DNA from: Eledone cirrhosa
Taxonomy: Eukaryota
Assembly: GCA_964016885.1 (NCBI GenBank)
Contig: OZ024740.1
Span: 38,130,001 to 38,194,000, forward strand
Direction of reading: 5' to 3'
DNA length: 64,000 nucleotides
Position numbers and translations under genes: made by a program. Position 1 is the first letter of the stretch, and each line of letters starts with the position of its first letter. The notes under the pieces were generated by a model. It did not search any database, had not been told where the DNA came from, and was given only the letters and a program-made list of their open reading frames with translations. This document shows positions 1 to 14,850 of the stretch, in pieces.

Positions 1-383
1 TTTGTTCAGTTCACCAAAAATGTCTACTAAATAAGCGAGTTGCACATTCCATTCATTGGTTTCTAATACACTTGCTCTTTCATCATTCTGTTTTTTTAGA
101 AAAACTATTATTTCTTCTCTCAGTTCAAAAACTCTCTTCATAGCATCCCCAAAAGACAGCCCACGCATATCATTGTTCAATAACAATCTATTATAATTAC
201 TTCCAGAAGATTCACAAATAGATTCAAACATTCTAGAATTTTTGCTCTTGCATGGATCAAATTGATAATTTTGACAATGTCTTTCGGCTGGTCATTTAAT
301 ATTTGAGCATCTCTGTCTTTGAATTTTTTTTAACACAAAACCTCTCGATGAATCATACAATGATTTGAAATACAATTTGGGGT

Positions 384-1161
384 CTATTCTTTAATTTTTG
401 CAATCAAACCAGAATTTTTACCAGTCATTGCAGCTGTTCCATCTGTTGTTATTGAAGTCAACTTGCTCCAAGATACACCATTTTTAAAAAAATACTCTTC
501 AATTTTATTGAATATATCTTGACCTTTAGTTGTGATGTCTAATACCAGACAAAACAAATACTCTTCTACTAATTCTTTTTTATCAAAGTCTACAAACCGT
601 ACATAGCAAATTAATTGAGCCTTGTTATTAATATCCGTAGTTTCGTCCACTTGCAGACCAAAACATGTGCTTTTCTTTAGTGCAGTTAGTATCTGATTTT
701 CTATATCAGAAGAAATATCAATTATCCTTCTTTTTACGGTATTTGCTGACAATGGTAACTGGCTTAATTTTTCTTTGTCCTTAATACAGCATCTTTCAAA
801 AAGATTCTCTGTAGCAATTTTTATACTTGGCAGAATTAACTGTTCTCCTAATGTAAATGGTTTCTTGTTTTTACCAATCAAATGTGAAATCTAAAAAGAT
901 GTTCTTGTTAAAGCTTTATTTCTATCTGACTTTTTACAAAACAAGTCATACATATTAGCTTGTGATTTTTTGATGTTTTTCAGCAAAGTAAAGTGACTTG
1001 TTTTTATCATTGGTGTGGTTAGTATCAAGGTGTCTTTTAAGTTTTGCAGGATTTAAACAGCTATTTGATAGAACTTTTGAACATAGCAAACACATGGGCT
1101 GATCTGGTGTATCTTTTTTTAGTGTCAGCTTTTTGAAATCCATATCTAACATAATCATCAC
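384..1161 (-). pseudogene. hAT transposase pseudogene fragments (ZBED5/SCAND3/Buster-like)
   Basis: ORFs 955-1161 and 384-881 carry BED-like and DDE catalytic motifs but are broken by stops and frameshifts. Confidence 0.85.
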
Positions 1162-1443
1162 ACCACTGTCTAACCTTACTGCTGGTATCTAACTTCAGCT
1201 TCTTTGCAGTAGACATCATATCAATGCTATTTATCTACAGTTAAACTTTTTAAAATGACATTAATAAACAAGAGAAATTAACAGTTTTTTTAATTACAAA
1301 AAGTACTTAAATTAACTTTAATTTTAGATATTGGGAAAAACTTAACTAGTTAAAAAAAAATGTTAATTTTTAAAAATTGAAATTTCTCCATTTTAGGATG
1401 GCAAACATATTATTTAAAGTCTTATAATAATATTAAAATATTA

Positions 1444-2470
1444 GGGGTTACTGAAAAAGGTGCAAATTTATAAACAACTAGAAGAAATGTTTTTCAGAGT
1501 CCAGCACTTCCTGCATATACTACTTTCGGGTCGTATTAAATATTATTGGTAATGTAAATATATTTAAATATCCGCCATACTAAAAGGTGCAAAAAATGCA
1601 AATCAGCTGGTAGTGTAGAAGATGTGACGATGGTATTGGAAATTAATTCAGATATCTTCTATCTATTTTGACTCAAAGTTAGATATAATATAAGAAGGCT
1701 TTAGGCTGCGTTAAACATATATTAGATTGGAACAAATAAAGTTTAGTCAAATGCTTGTGGACATATATATTTATTGTATGAAGTAATTTCTCAATTGTGA
1801 ATGCAGATGTCATCAAATGAATACATAATTGTGTGGCAAAGTTTATAGTGTATGCATGGAATGCAAAATTACCTTTGTTAGTAGTCGAAACTTTACAGGC
1901 GTTATATTTTCTGTACAAAGTACAACAGAATGTAACGTGTTCTTATTTAGAATTGTCTGTGGAACTGGATGCATGTTGAAAACGACTAGTAAGCGAGTTC
2001 ACTCTGTGAGGAAACTTTAGGCGACTTTAAAGCTTTTGTGAGGACAGCAGATTAAAACGTGTTCTCTATTGAAAACATTCTACTGAACTTACGTTGTGAG
2101 AACAGCGAACTGACCCTGTCTCTCGGTTGAGAGACCTCGCTGAACTGAAGTTTTCAGTTTAAAGATATGCTGTCATCGACCAACATTTACTTGTTCGTGA
2201 TTGGTCAATTTCTAATTTCAATTAGTGTATTATCAGTAGTAGTCAAATCCTCGGAATTCAGAAAACTATGTCTTTCCAAGAATTGATGAGATATTGAAAG
2301 TATTCAATTTCCACGAATCTCAGAACAGTGTTTTTCTGCTAATTCAAGTGAGAAACTAAAAGTAGTGTTTTCCACGAATTGGAGTGGAGAACCTGTGTAC
2401 ACTACAATAGTACTCGTTCATTTATACATTGCACCTTTGGCATTTTCTTTGCACCTTTTTCAGAAAACCC
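1444..2470. mobile_element. Mutator (MULE)-like non-autonomous element nested in the hAT
   Basis: TIRs GGGGTTACTGAAAAAGGTGCAAA (1444) and TTTGCACCTTTTTCAGAAAACCC (ending 2470); 9-bp direct repeat AAAATATTA at 1435-1443 and 2471-2479. Confidence 0.7.
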
Positions 2471-2569
2471 AAAATATTAATGGTAATGTAAATATTTATT
2501 TTTTTAAGGAACCCGAAGTTTGTTTTACGGAACCCCAAGGTTCCGCGGAACCCATGTTGGCGACCACTG

Positions 2570-3056
2570 GTCTACAGTATCCTACTGTGGTCTACAGTAT
2601 CACACAGTGGTCTACAGTATCCCACAGTGGTCTACAGTATCCCACAGTGGTCTACAGTACCCTACTGTGGTCTACAGTATCCTACAATGATCTATAGTAT
2701 CCCACAGTGGTCTACAGTATCCCACAGTGGTCTACTCTACAGTATCCCACAGTGGTCTACTCTACAGTATCCCACAGTGGTCTACTCTACAGTATCCCAC
2801 AGTGGTCTACAGTATCCCACTGTAGTCTACAGTATCCCACTGTAGTCTACAGTATCCCACAGTATTCTACTGTATCCCACAGTATTCTACTGTATCCCAC
2901 AGTATTCTACTGTATCCCACAGTATTCTACTGTATCCCACAGTGGTCTACTCTACAGTATCCCACAATGGTCTACAGTATCCCACTGTAGTCTACAGTAT
3001 CTTACAGAAGTCTACAGTATCTTACAGTGGTCTACAGTATCCCACAATAGTCTACA
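2570..3056. repeat. ~20-bp minisatellite (GTCTACAGTATCCCACAGTG)n with 25-bp variants
   Basis: Directly visible tandem units starting at the hAT terminus. Confidence 0.95.
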
Positions 3057-4058
3057 TCATCATCACCGTTTTACATCCGTTCTTCCACGCTAGCATGGGT
3101 TAGACGGGTTGTCCTGTTGTGAGCAGTGTCTGGTCGGCTGACCATGCCTTACTCATACAGGAACTGATTTACAGTGTCCCACAATATCCCAAACTTTACA
3201 ACAATTAGAACCAACCAATAAAGTTGTGACACATACTAATTAGATTGGAAATAAAACATATCATTTGTGAATAATGACATTTATTAAACAACTAATTAAT
3301 TTATTCAGCAACACAAGTAAATTTTTTTGTTGGATATGTTCATTATAATAAGATCTAAAATATATATAAACTTAATTACTAACATGAAAACCAATAAACT
3401 TCAGGTTAATAGTTATTCTACTGGCCAATTGTTCGGGCTGCTGGATTCACTATCATTTGATTCCAGGTGGGACATTCCCTTTCATGTTAGGGGTTTCTAT
3501 CATTAAAACACTCAAAAACCCTCCTATGAGATACAACCTTGTTGGAAGCCATGAAAATATACATAGATGTAACAACATCATGGGACTACGGACCCTATCA
3601 TTAAAACACCCAAGACCTACTATGAGATGCAACCTTGTAGGAGGTCGGCGAGATGTGTTCTAATGCTGTAATAAGTAAATTTGAAGCAAACAGTTTGCTA
3701 ATCTTTTTTTTTACATGTATCTACCACAGATAAATGAACTTATTTTCATAGTTCATTATCAAAATGGTAATTAGTTGAGTTGCACAGATACTTAAAATAG
3801 CACGGCATTAGATAATGTAGTCTTAGATACACTGTGCAGTAAACGACAGTATAGTCATGACTGTAATACCTTTGCTTGTAGGTTTGCTTGAGCAGATGTG
3901 AGCTAAACATGATACTCTTTTTTTAATTGTTTAGTCATGAGGAAGGGCAATACTCATAGCTCTTTTCAGAGCCTCAAAGATGGCTGGAAGGGAAGGTGAG
4001 ATGTATTCTTAAACCAGACACCTGACATTAATGATTTCAACAGAGTGAAATAAAGGTA

Positions 4059-7000
4059 CCCCAGGGCCAGGTAGTGGTGTTAAACTGGACAACAGAGTGG
4101 ACTACACTAAAGACACACCATGGCCAGGTAGTGGTGTTAAACTGGACAACAGAGTGGACTACACTAAAGACACACCATGGCCAGGTAGTGGTGTTGAAAT
4201 GGACAACAGAGTGGACTACACTAAAGACACCCCATGGCCAGGTAGTGGTGCTAAACTGGACAACAGAGTGGACTACACTAAAGACACCCCATGGCCAGGT
4301 AGTGGTGCTAAACTGGACAACAGAGTGGACTACACTAAAGACACCCCATGGCCAGGTAGTGGTGCTAAACTGGACAACAGAGTGGACTACACTAAAGACA
4401 CCCCACGGCCAGGTAGTGGTGTAAAACTGGACAACAGAGTGGACTACACTAAAGACACCCCATGGCCAGGTAGTGGTGCTAAACTGGACAACAGAGTGGA
4501 CTACACTAAAGACACACCATGGCCAGGTAGTGGTGTTAAACTGGACAACAGAGTGGACTACACTAAAGACACCCCATGGCCAGGTAGTGGTGCTAAACTG
4601 GACAACAGAGTGGACTACACTAAAGACACCCCATGGCCAGGTAGTGGTGTTAAACTGGACAACAGAGTGGACTACACTAAAGACACTCCAGGGCCAGGTA
4701 GTGGTGTTAAACTGGACAACAGAGTGGACTACACTAAAGACACACCATGGCCAGGTAGTGGTGTTAAACTGGACAACAGAGTGGACTACACTAAAGACAC
4801 TCCAGGGCCAGGTAGTGGTGCTAAACTGGACAACAGAGTGGACTACACTAAAGACACACCATGGCCAGGTAGTGGTGTTAAACTGGACAACAGAGTGGAC
4901 TACACTAAAGACACTCCAGGGCCAGGTAGTGGTGTTAAACTGGACAACAGAGTGGACTACACTAAAGACACCCCATGGCCAGGTAGTGGTGCTAAACTGG
5001 ACAACAGAGTGGACTACACTAAAGACACACCATGGCCAGGTAGTGGTGTTAAACTGGACAACAGAGTGGACTACACTAAAGACACACCATGGCCAGGTAG
5101 TGGTGTTAAACTGGACAACAGAGTGGACTACACTAAAGACACTCCAGGGTCAGGTAGTGGTGTTAAACTGGACAACAGAGTGGACTACACTAAAGACACC
5201 CCAGGGCCAGGTAGTGGTGTTAAACTGGACAACAGAGTGGACTACACTAAAGACACCCCAGGGCCAGGTAGTGGTGTAAAACTGGACAACAGAGTGGACT
5301 ACACTAAAGACACCCCAGGGCCAGGTAGTGGTGTTAAACTGGACAACAGAGTGGACTACACTAAAGACACCCCAGGGCCAGGTAGTGGTGTTAAACTGGA
5401 CAACAGAGTGGACTACACTAAAGACACCCCAGGGCCAGGTAGTGGTGCTAAACTGGACAACAGAGTGGACTACACTAAAGACACTCCATGGCCAGGTAGT
5501 GGTGCTAAACTGGACAACAGAGTGGACTACACTAAAGACACACCATGGCCAGGTAGTGGTGTTAAACTGGACAACAGAGTGGACTACACTAAAGACACCC
5601 CCATGGCCAGGTAGTTGTGCTAAACTGGACAACAGTGTGGACTACACTAAAAACACCACATGGCCAGGTAGTGGTGTTAAACTGGACAACAGAGTGGACT
5701 ACACTAAAGACACCCCATGGCCAGGTAGTGGTGTTAAACTGGACAACAGAGTGGACTACACTAAAGACACCCCAGGGCCAGGTAGTGGTGTTAAACTGGA
5801 CAACAGAGTGGACTACACTAAAGACACCCCAGGGCCAGGTAGTGGTGTTAAACTGGACAACAGAGTGGACTACACTAAAGACACCCCATGGCCAGGTAGT
5901 GGTGTTAAACTGGACAACAGAGTGGACTACACTAAAGACACCCCATGGCCAGGTAGTGGTGCTAAACTGGACAACAGAGTGGACTACACTAAAGACACTC
6001 CAGGGTCAGGTAGTGGTGTTAAACTGGACAACAGAGTGGACTACACTAAAGACACCCCATGGCCAGGTAGTGGTGCTAAACTGGACAACAGAGTGGACTA
6101 CACTAAAGACACCCCATGGTCAGGTAGTGGTGTTAAACTGGACAACAGAGTGGACTACACTAAAGACACCCCATGGCCAGGTAGTGGTGCTAAACTGGAC
6201 AACAGAGTGGACTACACTAAAGACACTCCAGGGTCAGGTAGTGGTGCTAAACTGGACAACAGAGTGGACTACACTAAAGACACCCCATGGCCAGGTAGTG
6301 GTTCTAAACTGGACAACAGAGTGGACTACACTAAAGACACTCCAGGGTCAGGTAGTGGTGTTAAACTGGACAACAGAGTGGACTACACTAAAGACACCCC
6401 ATGGCCAGGTAGTGGTGTTAAACTGGACAACAGAGTGGACTACACTAAAGACACTCCAGGGTCAGGTAGTGGTGTTAAACTGGACAACAGAGTAGACTAC
6501 ACTAAAGACACCCCATGGCCAGGTAGTGGTGTTAAACTGGACAACAGAGTGGACTACACTAAAGACACCCCAGGGCCAGGTAGTGGTGTTAAACTGGACA
6601 ACAGAGTGGACTACACTAAAGACACCCCAGGGCCAGGTAGTGGTGTTAAACTGGACAACAGAGTGGACTACACTAAAGACACACCATGGCCAGGTAGTGG
6701 TGTTAAACTGGACAACAGAGTGGACTACACTAAAGACACCCCATGGCCAGGTAGTGGTGTTAAACTGGACAACAGAGAGGACTACACTAAAGACACCCCA
6801 GGGCCAGGTAGTGGTGTTAAACTGGACAACAGCGTGGACTACACTAAAGACACCCCACGGCCAGGTAGTGGTGCTAAACTGGACAACAGAGTGGACTACA
6901 CTAAAGACACCCCATGGCCAGGTAGTGGTATTAAACTGGACAACAGAGTGGACTACACTAAAGACACACCATGGCCAGGTAGTGGTATTAAACTGGACAA

Positions 7001-10000
7001 CAGTGTGGACTACACTAAAGACACCCCATGGCCAGGTAGTGGTGTTAAACTGGACAACAGAGTGGACTACACTAAAGACACCCCATGGCCAGGTAGTGGT
7101 GTTAAACTGGACAACAGTGTGGACTACACTAAAGACACCCCATGGCCAGGTAGTGGTGTTAAACTGGACAACAGTGTGGACTACACTAAAGACACCCCAT
7201 GGCCAGGTAGTGGTGTTAAACTGGACAACAGAGTGGACTACACTAAAGACACCCCATGGCCAGGTAGTGGTATTAAACTGGACAACAGTGTGGACTACAC
7301 TAAAGACACCCCATGGCCAGGTAGTGGTGTTAAACTGGACAACAGTGTGGACTACACTAAAGACACCCCATGGCCAGGTAGTGGTGTTAAACTGGACAAC
7401 AGAGTGGACTACACTAAAGACACCCCATGGCCAGGTAGTGGTGTTAAACTGGACAACAGTGTGGACTACACTAAAGACACCCCATGGCCAGGTAGTGGTG
7501 TTAAACTGGACAACAGTGTGGACTACACTAAAGACACCCCATGGCCAGGTAGTGGTGTTAAACTGGACAACAGAGTGGACTACACTAAAGACACTCCAGG
7601 GCCAGGTAGTGGTATTAAACTGGACAACAGAGTAGACTACACTAAAGACACCCATGGCCAGGTAGTGGTATTAAACTGGACAACAGTGTGGACTACACTA
7701 AAGACACACCATGGCCAGGTAGTGGTGTTAAACTGGACAACAGAGTGGACTACACTAAAGACACCCCATGGCCAGGTAGTGGTGTTAAACTGGACAACAG
7801 AGTGGACTACACTAAAGACACCCCATGGCCAGGTAGTGGTGTTAAACTGGACAACAGAGTGGACTACACTAAAGACACCCCATGGCCAGGTAGTGGTATT
7901 AAACTGGACAACAGAGTGGACTACACTAAAGACACCCCAGGGCCAGGTAGTGGTGTTAAACTGGACAACAGAGTGGACTACACTAAAGACACCCCATGGC
8001 CAGGTAGTGGTATTAAACTGGACAACAGAGTGGACTACACTAAAGACACCCCATGGCCAGGTAGTGGTGTTAAACTGGACAACAGTGTGGACTACACTAA
8101 AGACACTCCAGGGTCAGGTAGTGGTGTTAAACTGGACAACAGTGTGGACTACACTAAAGACACTCCAGGGTCAGGTAGTGGTGTTAAACTGGACAACAGA
8201 GTGGACTACACTAAAGACACCCCATGGCCAGGTAGTGGTATTAAACTGGACAACAGTGTGGACTACACTAAAGACACTCCAGGGTCAGGTAGTGGTGTTA
8301 AACTGGACAACAGAGTGGACTACACTAAAGACACCCCATGGCCAGGTAGTGGTGTTAAACTGGACAACAGAGTGGACTACACTAAAGACACCCCATGGCC
8401 AGGTAGTGGTATTAAACTGGACAACAGAGTGGACTACACTAAAGACACCCCATGGCGAGGTAGTGGTATTAAACTGGACAACAGAGTGGACTACACTAAA
8501 GACACCCCATGGCCAGGTAGTGGTGTTAAACTGGACAACAGAGTGGACTACACTAAAGACACCCCATGGCCAGGTAGTGGTATTAAACTGGACAACAGAG
8601 TGGACTACACTAAAGACACCCCAGGGCCAGGTAGTGGTGTTAAACTGGACAACAGAGTGGACTACACTAAAGACACCCCATGGCCAGGTAGTGGTATTAA
8701 ACTGGACAACAGAGTGGACTACACTAAAGACACCCCATGGCCAGGTAGTGGTGTTAAACTGGACAACAGAGTGGACTACACTAAAGACACTCCAGGGCCA
8801 GGTAGTGGTGTTAAACTGGACAACAGAGTGGACTACACTAAAGACACCCCATGGCCAGGTAGTGGTATTAAACTGGACAACAGAGTGGACTACACTAAAG
8901 ACACCCCAGGGCCAGGTAGTGGTGTTAAACTGGACAACAGAGTGGACTACACTAAAGACACCCCATGGCCAGGTAGTGGTATTAAACTGGACAACAGAGT
9001 GGACTACACTAAAGACACTCCATGGCCAGGTAGTGGTGTTAAACTGGACAACAGAGTGGACTACACTAAAGACACCCCATGGCCAGGTAGTGGTATTAAA
9101 CTGGACAACAGAGTGGACTACACTAAAGACACCCCATGGCCAGGTAGTGGTGTTAAACTGGACAACAGAGTGGACTACACTAAAGACACCCCATGGCCAG
9201 GTAGTGGTATTAAACTGGACAACAGAGTGGACTACACTAAAGACACTCCATGGCCAGGTAGTGGTGTTAAACTGGACAACAGAGTGGACTACACTAAAGA
9301 CACTCCATGGCCAGGTAGTGGTGCTAAACTGGACAACAGAGTGGACTACACTAAAGACACCCCATGGCCAGGTAGTGGTGTTAAACTGGACAACAGAGTG
9401 GACTACACTAAAGACACCCCATGGCCAGGTAGTGGTGCTAAACTGGACAACAGAGTGGACTACACTAAAGACACTCCATGGCCAGGTAGTGGTGTTAAAC
9501 TGGACAACAGAGTGGACTACACTAAAGACACCCCATGGCCAGGTAGTGGTGTTAAACTGGACAACAGAGTGGACTACACTAAAGACACCCCATGGCCAGG
9601 TAGTGGTATTAAACTGGACAACAGAGTGGACTACACTAAAGACACTCCATGGCCAGGTAGTGGTGTTAAACTGGACAACAGAGTGGACTACACTAAAGAC
9701 ACTCCATGGCCAGGTAGTGGTGCTAAACTGGACAACAGAGTGGACTACACTAAAGACACCCCATGGCCAGGTAGTGGTGTTAAACTGGACAACAGAGTGG
9801 ACTACACTAAAGACACCCCATGGCCAGGTAGTGGTGCTAAACTGGACAACAGAGTGGACTACACTAAAGACACTCCATGGCCAGGTAGTGGTGTTAAACT
9901 GGACAACAGAGTGGACTACACTAAAGACACCCCATGGCCAGGTAGTGGTGTTAAACTGGACAACAGAGTGGACTACACTAAAGACACCCCATGGCCAGGT

Positions 10001-13000
10001 AGTGGTGCTAAACTGGACAACAGAGTGGACTACACTAAAGACACCCCATGGCCAGGTAGTGGTGTTAAACTGGACAACAGAGTGGACTACACTAAAGACA
10101 CCCCATGGTCAGGTAGTGGTGTTAAACTGGACAACAGAGTGGACTACACTAAAGACACTCCATGGCCAGGTAGTGGTGTTAAACTGGACAACAGAGTGGA
10201 CTACACTAAAGACACCCCATGGCCAGGTAGTGGTATTAAACTGGACAACAGAGTGGACTACACTAAAGACACTCCATGGCCAGGTAGTGGTGTTAAACTG
10301 GACAACAGAGTGGACTACACTAAAGACACCCCATGGCCAGGTAGTGGTGCTAAACTGGACAACAGAGTGGACTACACTAAAGACACCCCATGGCCAGGTA
10401 GTGGTGCTAAACTGGACAACAGAGTGGACTACACTAAAGACACTCCATGGCCAGGTAGTGGTGTTAAACTGGACAACAGAGTGGACTACACTAAAGACAC
10501 TCCATGGCCAGGTAGTGGTGCTAAACTGGACAACAGAGTGGACTACACTAAAGACACCCCATGGCCAGGTAGTGGTGTTAAACTGGACAACAGAGTGGAC
10601 TACACTAAAGACACCCCATGGCCAGGTAGTGGTGCTAAACTGGACAACAGAGTGGACTACACTAAAGACACTCCATGGCCAGGTAGTGGTGTTAAACTGG
10701 ACAACAGAGTGGACTACACTAAAGACACCCCATGGCCAGGTAGTGGTGTTAAACTGGACAACAGAGTGGACTACACTAAAGACACTCCATGGCCAGGTAG
10801 TGGTGTTAAACTGGACAACAGAGTGGACTACACTAAAGACACTCCAGGGCCAGGTAGTGGTGCTAAACTGGACAACAGAGTGGACTACACTAAAGACACC
10901 CCATGGCCAGGTAGTGGTGTTAAACTGGACAACAGAGTGGACTACACTAAAGACACCCCATGGCCAGGTAGTGGTGTTAAACTGGACAACAGAGTGGACT
11001 ACACTAAAGACACTCCATGGCCAGGTAGTGGTGTTAAACTGGACAACAGAGTGGACTACACTAAAGACACCCCATGGCCAGGTAGTGGTATTAAACTGGA
11101 CAACAGAGTGGACTACACTAAAGACACCCCATGGCCAGGTAGTGGTATTAAACTGGACAACAGAGTGGACTACACTAAAGACACTCCATGGCCAGGTAGT
11201 GGTGTTAAACTGGACAACAGAGTGGACTACACTAAAGACACTCCAGGGCCAGGTAGTGGTGTTAAACTGGACAACAGAGTGGACTACACTAAAGACACCC
11301 CATGGCCAGGTAGTGGTGTTAAACTGGACAACAGAGTGGACTACACTAAAGACACCCCATGGCCAGGTAGTGGTATTAAACTGGACAACAGAGTGGACTA
11401 CACTAAAGACACCCCATGGCCAGGTAGTGGTATTAAACTGGACAACAGTGTGGACTACACTAAAGACACTCCATGGCCAGGTAGTGGTGTTAAACTGGAC
11501 AACAGAGTGGACTACACTAAAGACACCCCATGGCCAGGTAGTGGTATTAAACTGGACAACAGAGTGGACTACACTAAAGACACTCCATGGCCAGGTAGTG
11601 GTGTTAAACTGGACAACAGAGTGGACTACACTAAAGACACTCCATGGCCAGGTAGTGGTGTTAAACTGGACAACAGAGTGGACTACACTAAAGACACCCC
11701 ATGGCCAGGTAGTGGTATTAAACTGGACAACAGAGTGGACTACACTAAAGACACCCCATGGCCAGGTAGTGGTATTAAACTGGACAACAGAGTGGACTAC
11801 ACTAAAGACACCCCATGGCCAGGTAGTGGTGTTAAACTGGACAACAGAGTGGACTACACTAAAGACACCCCATGGCCAGGTAGTGGTGTTAAACTGGACA
11901 ACAGAGTGGACTACACTAAAGACACACCATGGCCAGGTAGTGGTGCTAAACTGGACAACAGAGTGGACTACACTAAAGACACCCCATGGCCAGGTAGTGG
12001 TGTTAAACTGGACAACAGAGTGGACTACACTAAAGACACCCCATGGCCAGGTAGTGGTGTTAAACTGGACAACAGAGTGGACTACACTAAAGACACCCCA
12101 TGGCCAGGTAGTGGTATTAAACTGGACAACAGAGTGGACTACACTAAAGACACCCCATGGCCAGGTAGTGGTATTAAACTGGACAACAGAGTGGACTACA
12201 CTAAAGACACCCCATGGCCAGGTAGTGGTATTAAACTGGACAACAGAGTGGACTACACTAAAGACACCCCATGGCCAGGTAGTGGTATTAAACTGGACAA
12301 CAGTGTGGACTACACTAAAGACACCCCATGGCCAGGTAGTGGTATTAAACTGGACAACAGAGAGGACTACACTAAAGACACTCCATGGCCAGGTAGTGGT
12401 GTTAAACTGGACAACAGAGTGGACTACACTAAAGACACACCATGGCCAGGTAGTGGTATTAAACTGGACAACAGAGAGGACTACACTAAAGACACTCCAT
12501 GGCCAGGTAGTGGTGTTAAACTGGACAACAGAGTGGACTACACTAAAGACACCCCATGGCCAGGTAGTGGTGTTAAACTGGACAACAGAGTAGACTACAC
12601 TAAAGACACTCCATGGCCAGGTAGTGGTGTTAAACTGGACAACAGAGTAGACTACACTAAAGACACCCCATGGCCAGGTAGTGGTATTAAACTGGACAAC
12701 AGTGTGGACTACACTAAAGACACCCCATGGCCAGGTAGTGGTATTAAACTGGACAACAGAGTGGACTACACTAAAGACACTCCAGGGTCAGGTAGTGGTG
12801 CTAAACTGGACAACAGAGTGGACTACACTAAAGACACTCCATGGCCAGGTAGTGGTGTTAAACTGGACAACAGAGTGGACTACACTAAAGACACCCCATG
12901 GCCAGGTAGTGGTGTTAAACTGGACAACAGAGTGGACTACACTAAAGACACTCCAGGGTCAGGTAGTGGTGTTAAACTGGACAACAGAGAGGACTACACT

Positions 13001-13357
13001 AAAGACACACCATGGCCAGGTAGTGGTGCTAAACTGGACAACAGAGAGGACTACACTAAAGACACTCCATGGCCAGGTAGTGGTGTTAAACTGGACAACA
13101 GAGTGGACTACACTAAAGACACCCCATGGCCAGGTAGTGGTATTAAACTGGACAACAGAGTGGACTACACTAAAGACACCCCATGGCCAGGTAGTGGTGT
13201 TAAACTGGACAACAGAGTGGACTACACTAAAGACACTCCAGGGTCAGGTAGTGGTGTTAAACTGGACAACAGTGTGGACTACACTAAAGACACCCCATGG
13301 CCAGGTAGTGGTGCTAAACTGGACAACAGAGTGGACTACACTAAAGACACCCCAGGT
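4059..13357. repeat. 57-bp tandem array A (~163 units; CCATGGCCAGGTAGTGGTGTTAAACTGGACAACAGAGTGGACTACACTAAAGACACC)
   Basis: 19-aa periodicity in the ORF track; near-identical units with no unique spacers. Confidence 0.98.
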
Positions 13358-14850
13358 GATAAATTGAATCTCTAACCCATGCAGATCATAACAGAATTTG
13401 AACTCAGAATGCAAAGAGCCAGAACAAATACTGCAAGGTACCTTGTTGAACACTAACGATTCTGCCAGTCCACCACTCTAGACTGGTACTTTATTTGACC
13501 TCACAAAGATGAAAGGCAAAACTGACTTTTGTGGGATTTGAACTAAGAATAAATACGGCAAAGCATTTCATCAGATGCTCAAATGATTCTGCCAACTCAA
13601 CAACTAACTAATAAAACAGGACAGCATGAGAAAATATGATAAAAATGTAATATATATATATTCTCGACCGTTATATCGCGTGACTATCTCCCCCTCCGCC
13701 TTTTGGGATTCTTTCTCACGTCGTGTAGACGCGTTCTTGAGGCTAGTAAAATGAGGTATCCTCTTGATAAGTCGGCAGACCTCACAAGGACTCTATATCT
13801 TTATGATGTATTGTTTTTGTTTATGCCACAAAACTATGTAGTCGAGGAATCTAGGAGCAGTTTAGGTACGATACATTTTATTACTAATTATATCTAAATG
13901 TTTCTTCTCTCTTCATAATGTATTATATATATATATATATATATATATATCATCACCATCATTGTTTTTACGCTTGCTTTTCTATGCTTGCATATATATC
14001 ATCATTTTTCATCATTTTATTTTACGTCTGCTTTTCCCTGCTTGCAAGGGTGGGACGGGAACTGATTCTGGCTTGATTTCTACAGCTGGATGCCCTTCCT
14101 AACACCAACCTCATTTACAGTGAGTGCTGGGTGCTTTTTTTGCTGTGGCGCCTACACGTCCACTTTGCAGTGGAATGATAGGAAACCCAGTCCCTATCAT
14201 CTCATTTCTACAGCTGAATAAACTGGAGCAATGTGAAATAAAGTGTCTTGCTCAAGGAAACAACACACACATATATATATATATATATATAAAACTAAAT
14301 TACAACACAGATTAAGAGTTGTTAATTTTGTTTAACAGATATATCTATATATATATATAATAGTGTAATGATAGATTAAGCATTTTGTTATTTTTGTTTA
14401 AGAGATCTAAATATATGTATTTAATCTCTTAAGATTATATATCTCACATTTCAAAAGCATTAGGTACAATTAAATAAAATCTATGTCCTGTTGAAACACC
14501 CTAAAATCTAAACATAGTCAAACACTTTTGTTATTTTTGTTGGCCAATTGAAATGAAATAATTATTGAGATTATAGATAAAATTTACTGATTAAATAACC
14601 ACTGGGCTCTTTAATTAAATATCCTTTCTTGTCACCTTATAATTTGGTGTGATTCTATTTTATAGTAGTTTTTTGTCATTTATAAGGATTCCCTATAAAA
14701 ATAGCTAATAACAGTGCACCAACATGGCTTCAGCCAGTTGGCTGGAACAGGTAAGAAAGTAAAAAAGTATATAAAAAGTAAATTACCAAAATATCCAAAG
14801 GAATCTGAAAGTACAGTCATGGTTTTGATTGCTCTGGGATTTGAATTTCA

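Larger units (their letters stand above)
1..2569 (-). mobile_element. Decayed hAT (Buster/Charlie-type) DNA transposon, 5' part; continues beyond the window start
   Basis: Frameshifted transposase fragments: BED-like PMCLLCSKVLSN..KLKRHLDTNH (955-1161), LQVDETTD and ITTDGTAAMTG (384-881), HCMIHRE near 340-365. Terminus CAGTGGTCGCCAACATGGG (minus) ends at 2569, followed by the 8-mer GTCTACAG, which fits the Buster NNNTANNN target consensus. Confidence 0.85.

Noticed and set aside
5328-12593. 2421-aa ORF as a real protein
   Set aside because: It switches between two repeat frames at homopolymer indels and has no ATG start; a by-product of a unit length divisible by 3.
4059-13357. CRISPR-like array
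   Set aside because: Units are contiguous and near identical with no unique spacers; no cas genes; eukaryotic context.
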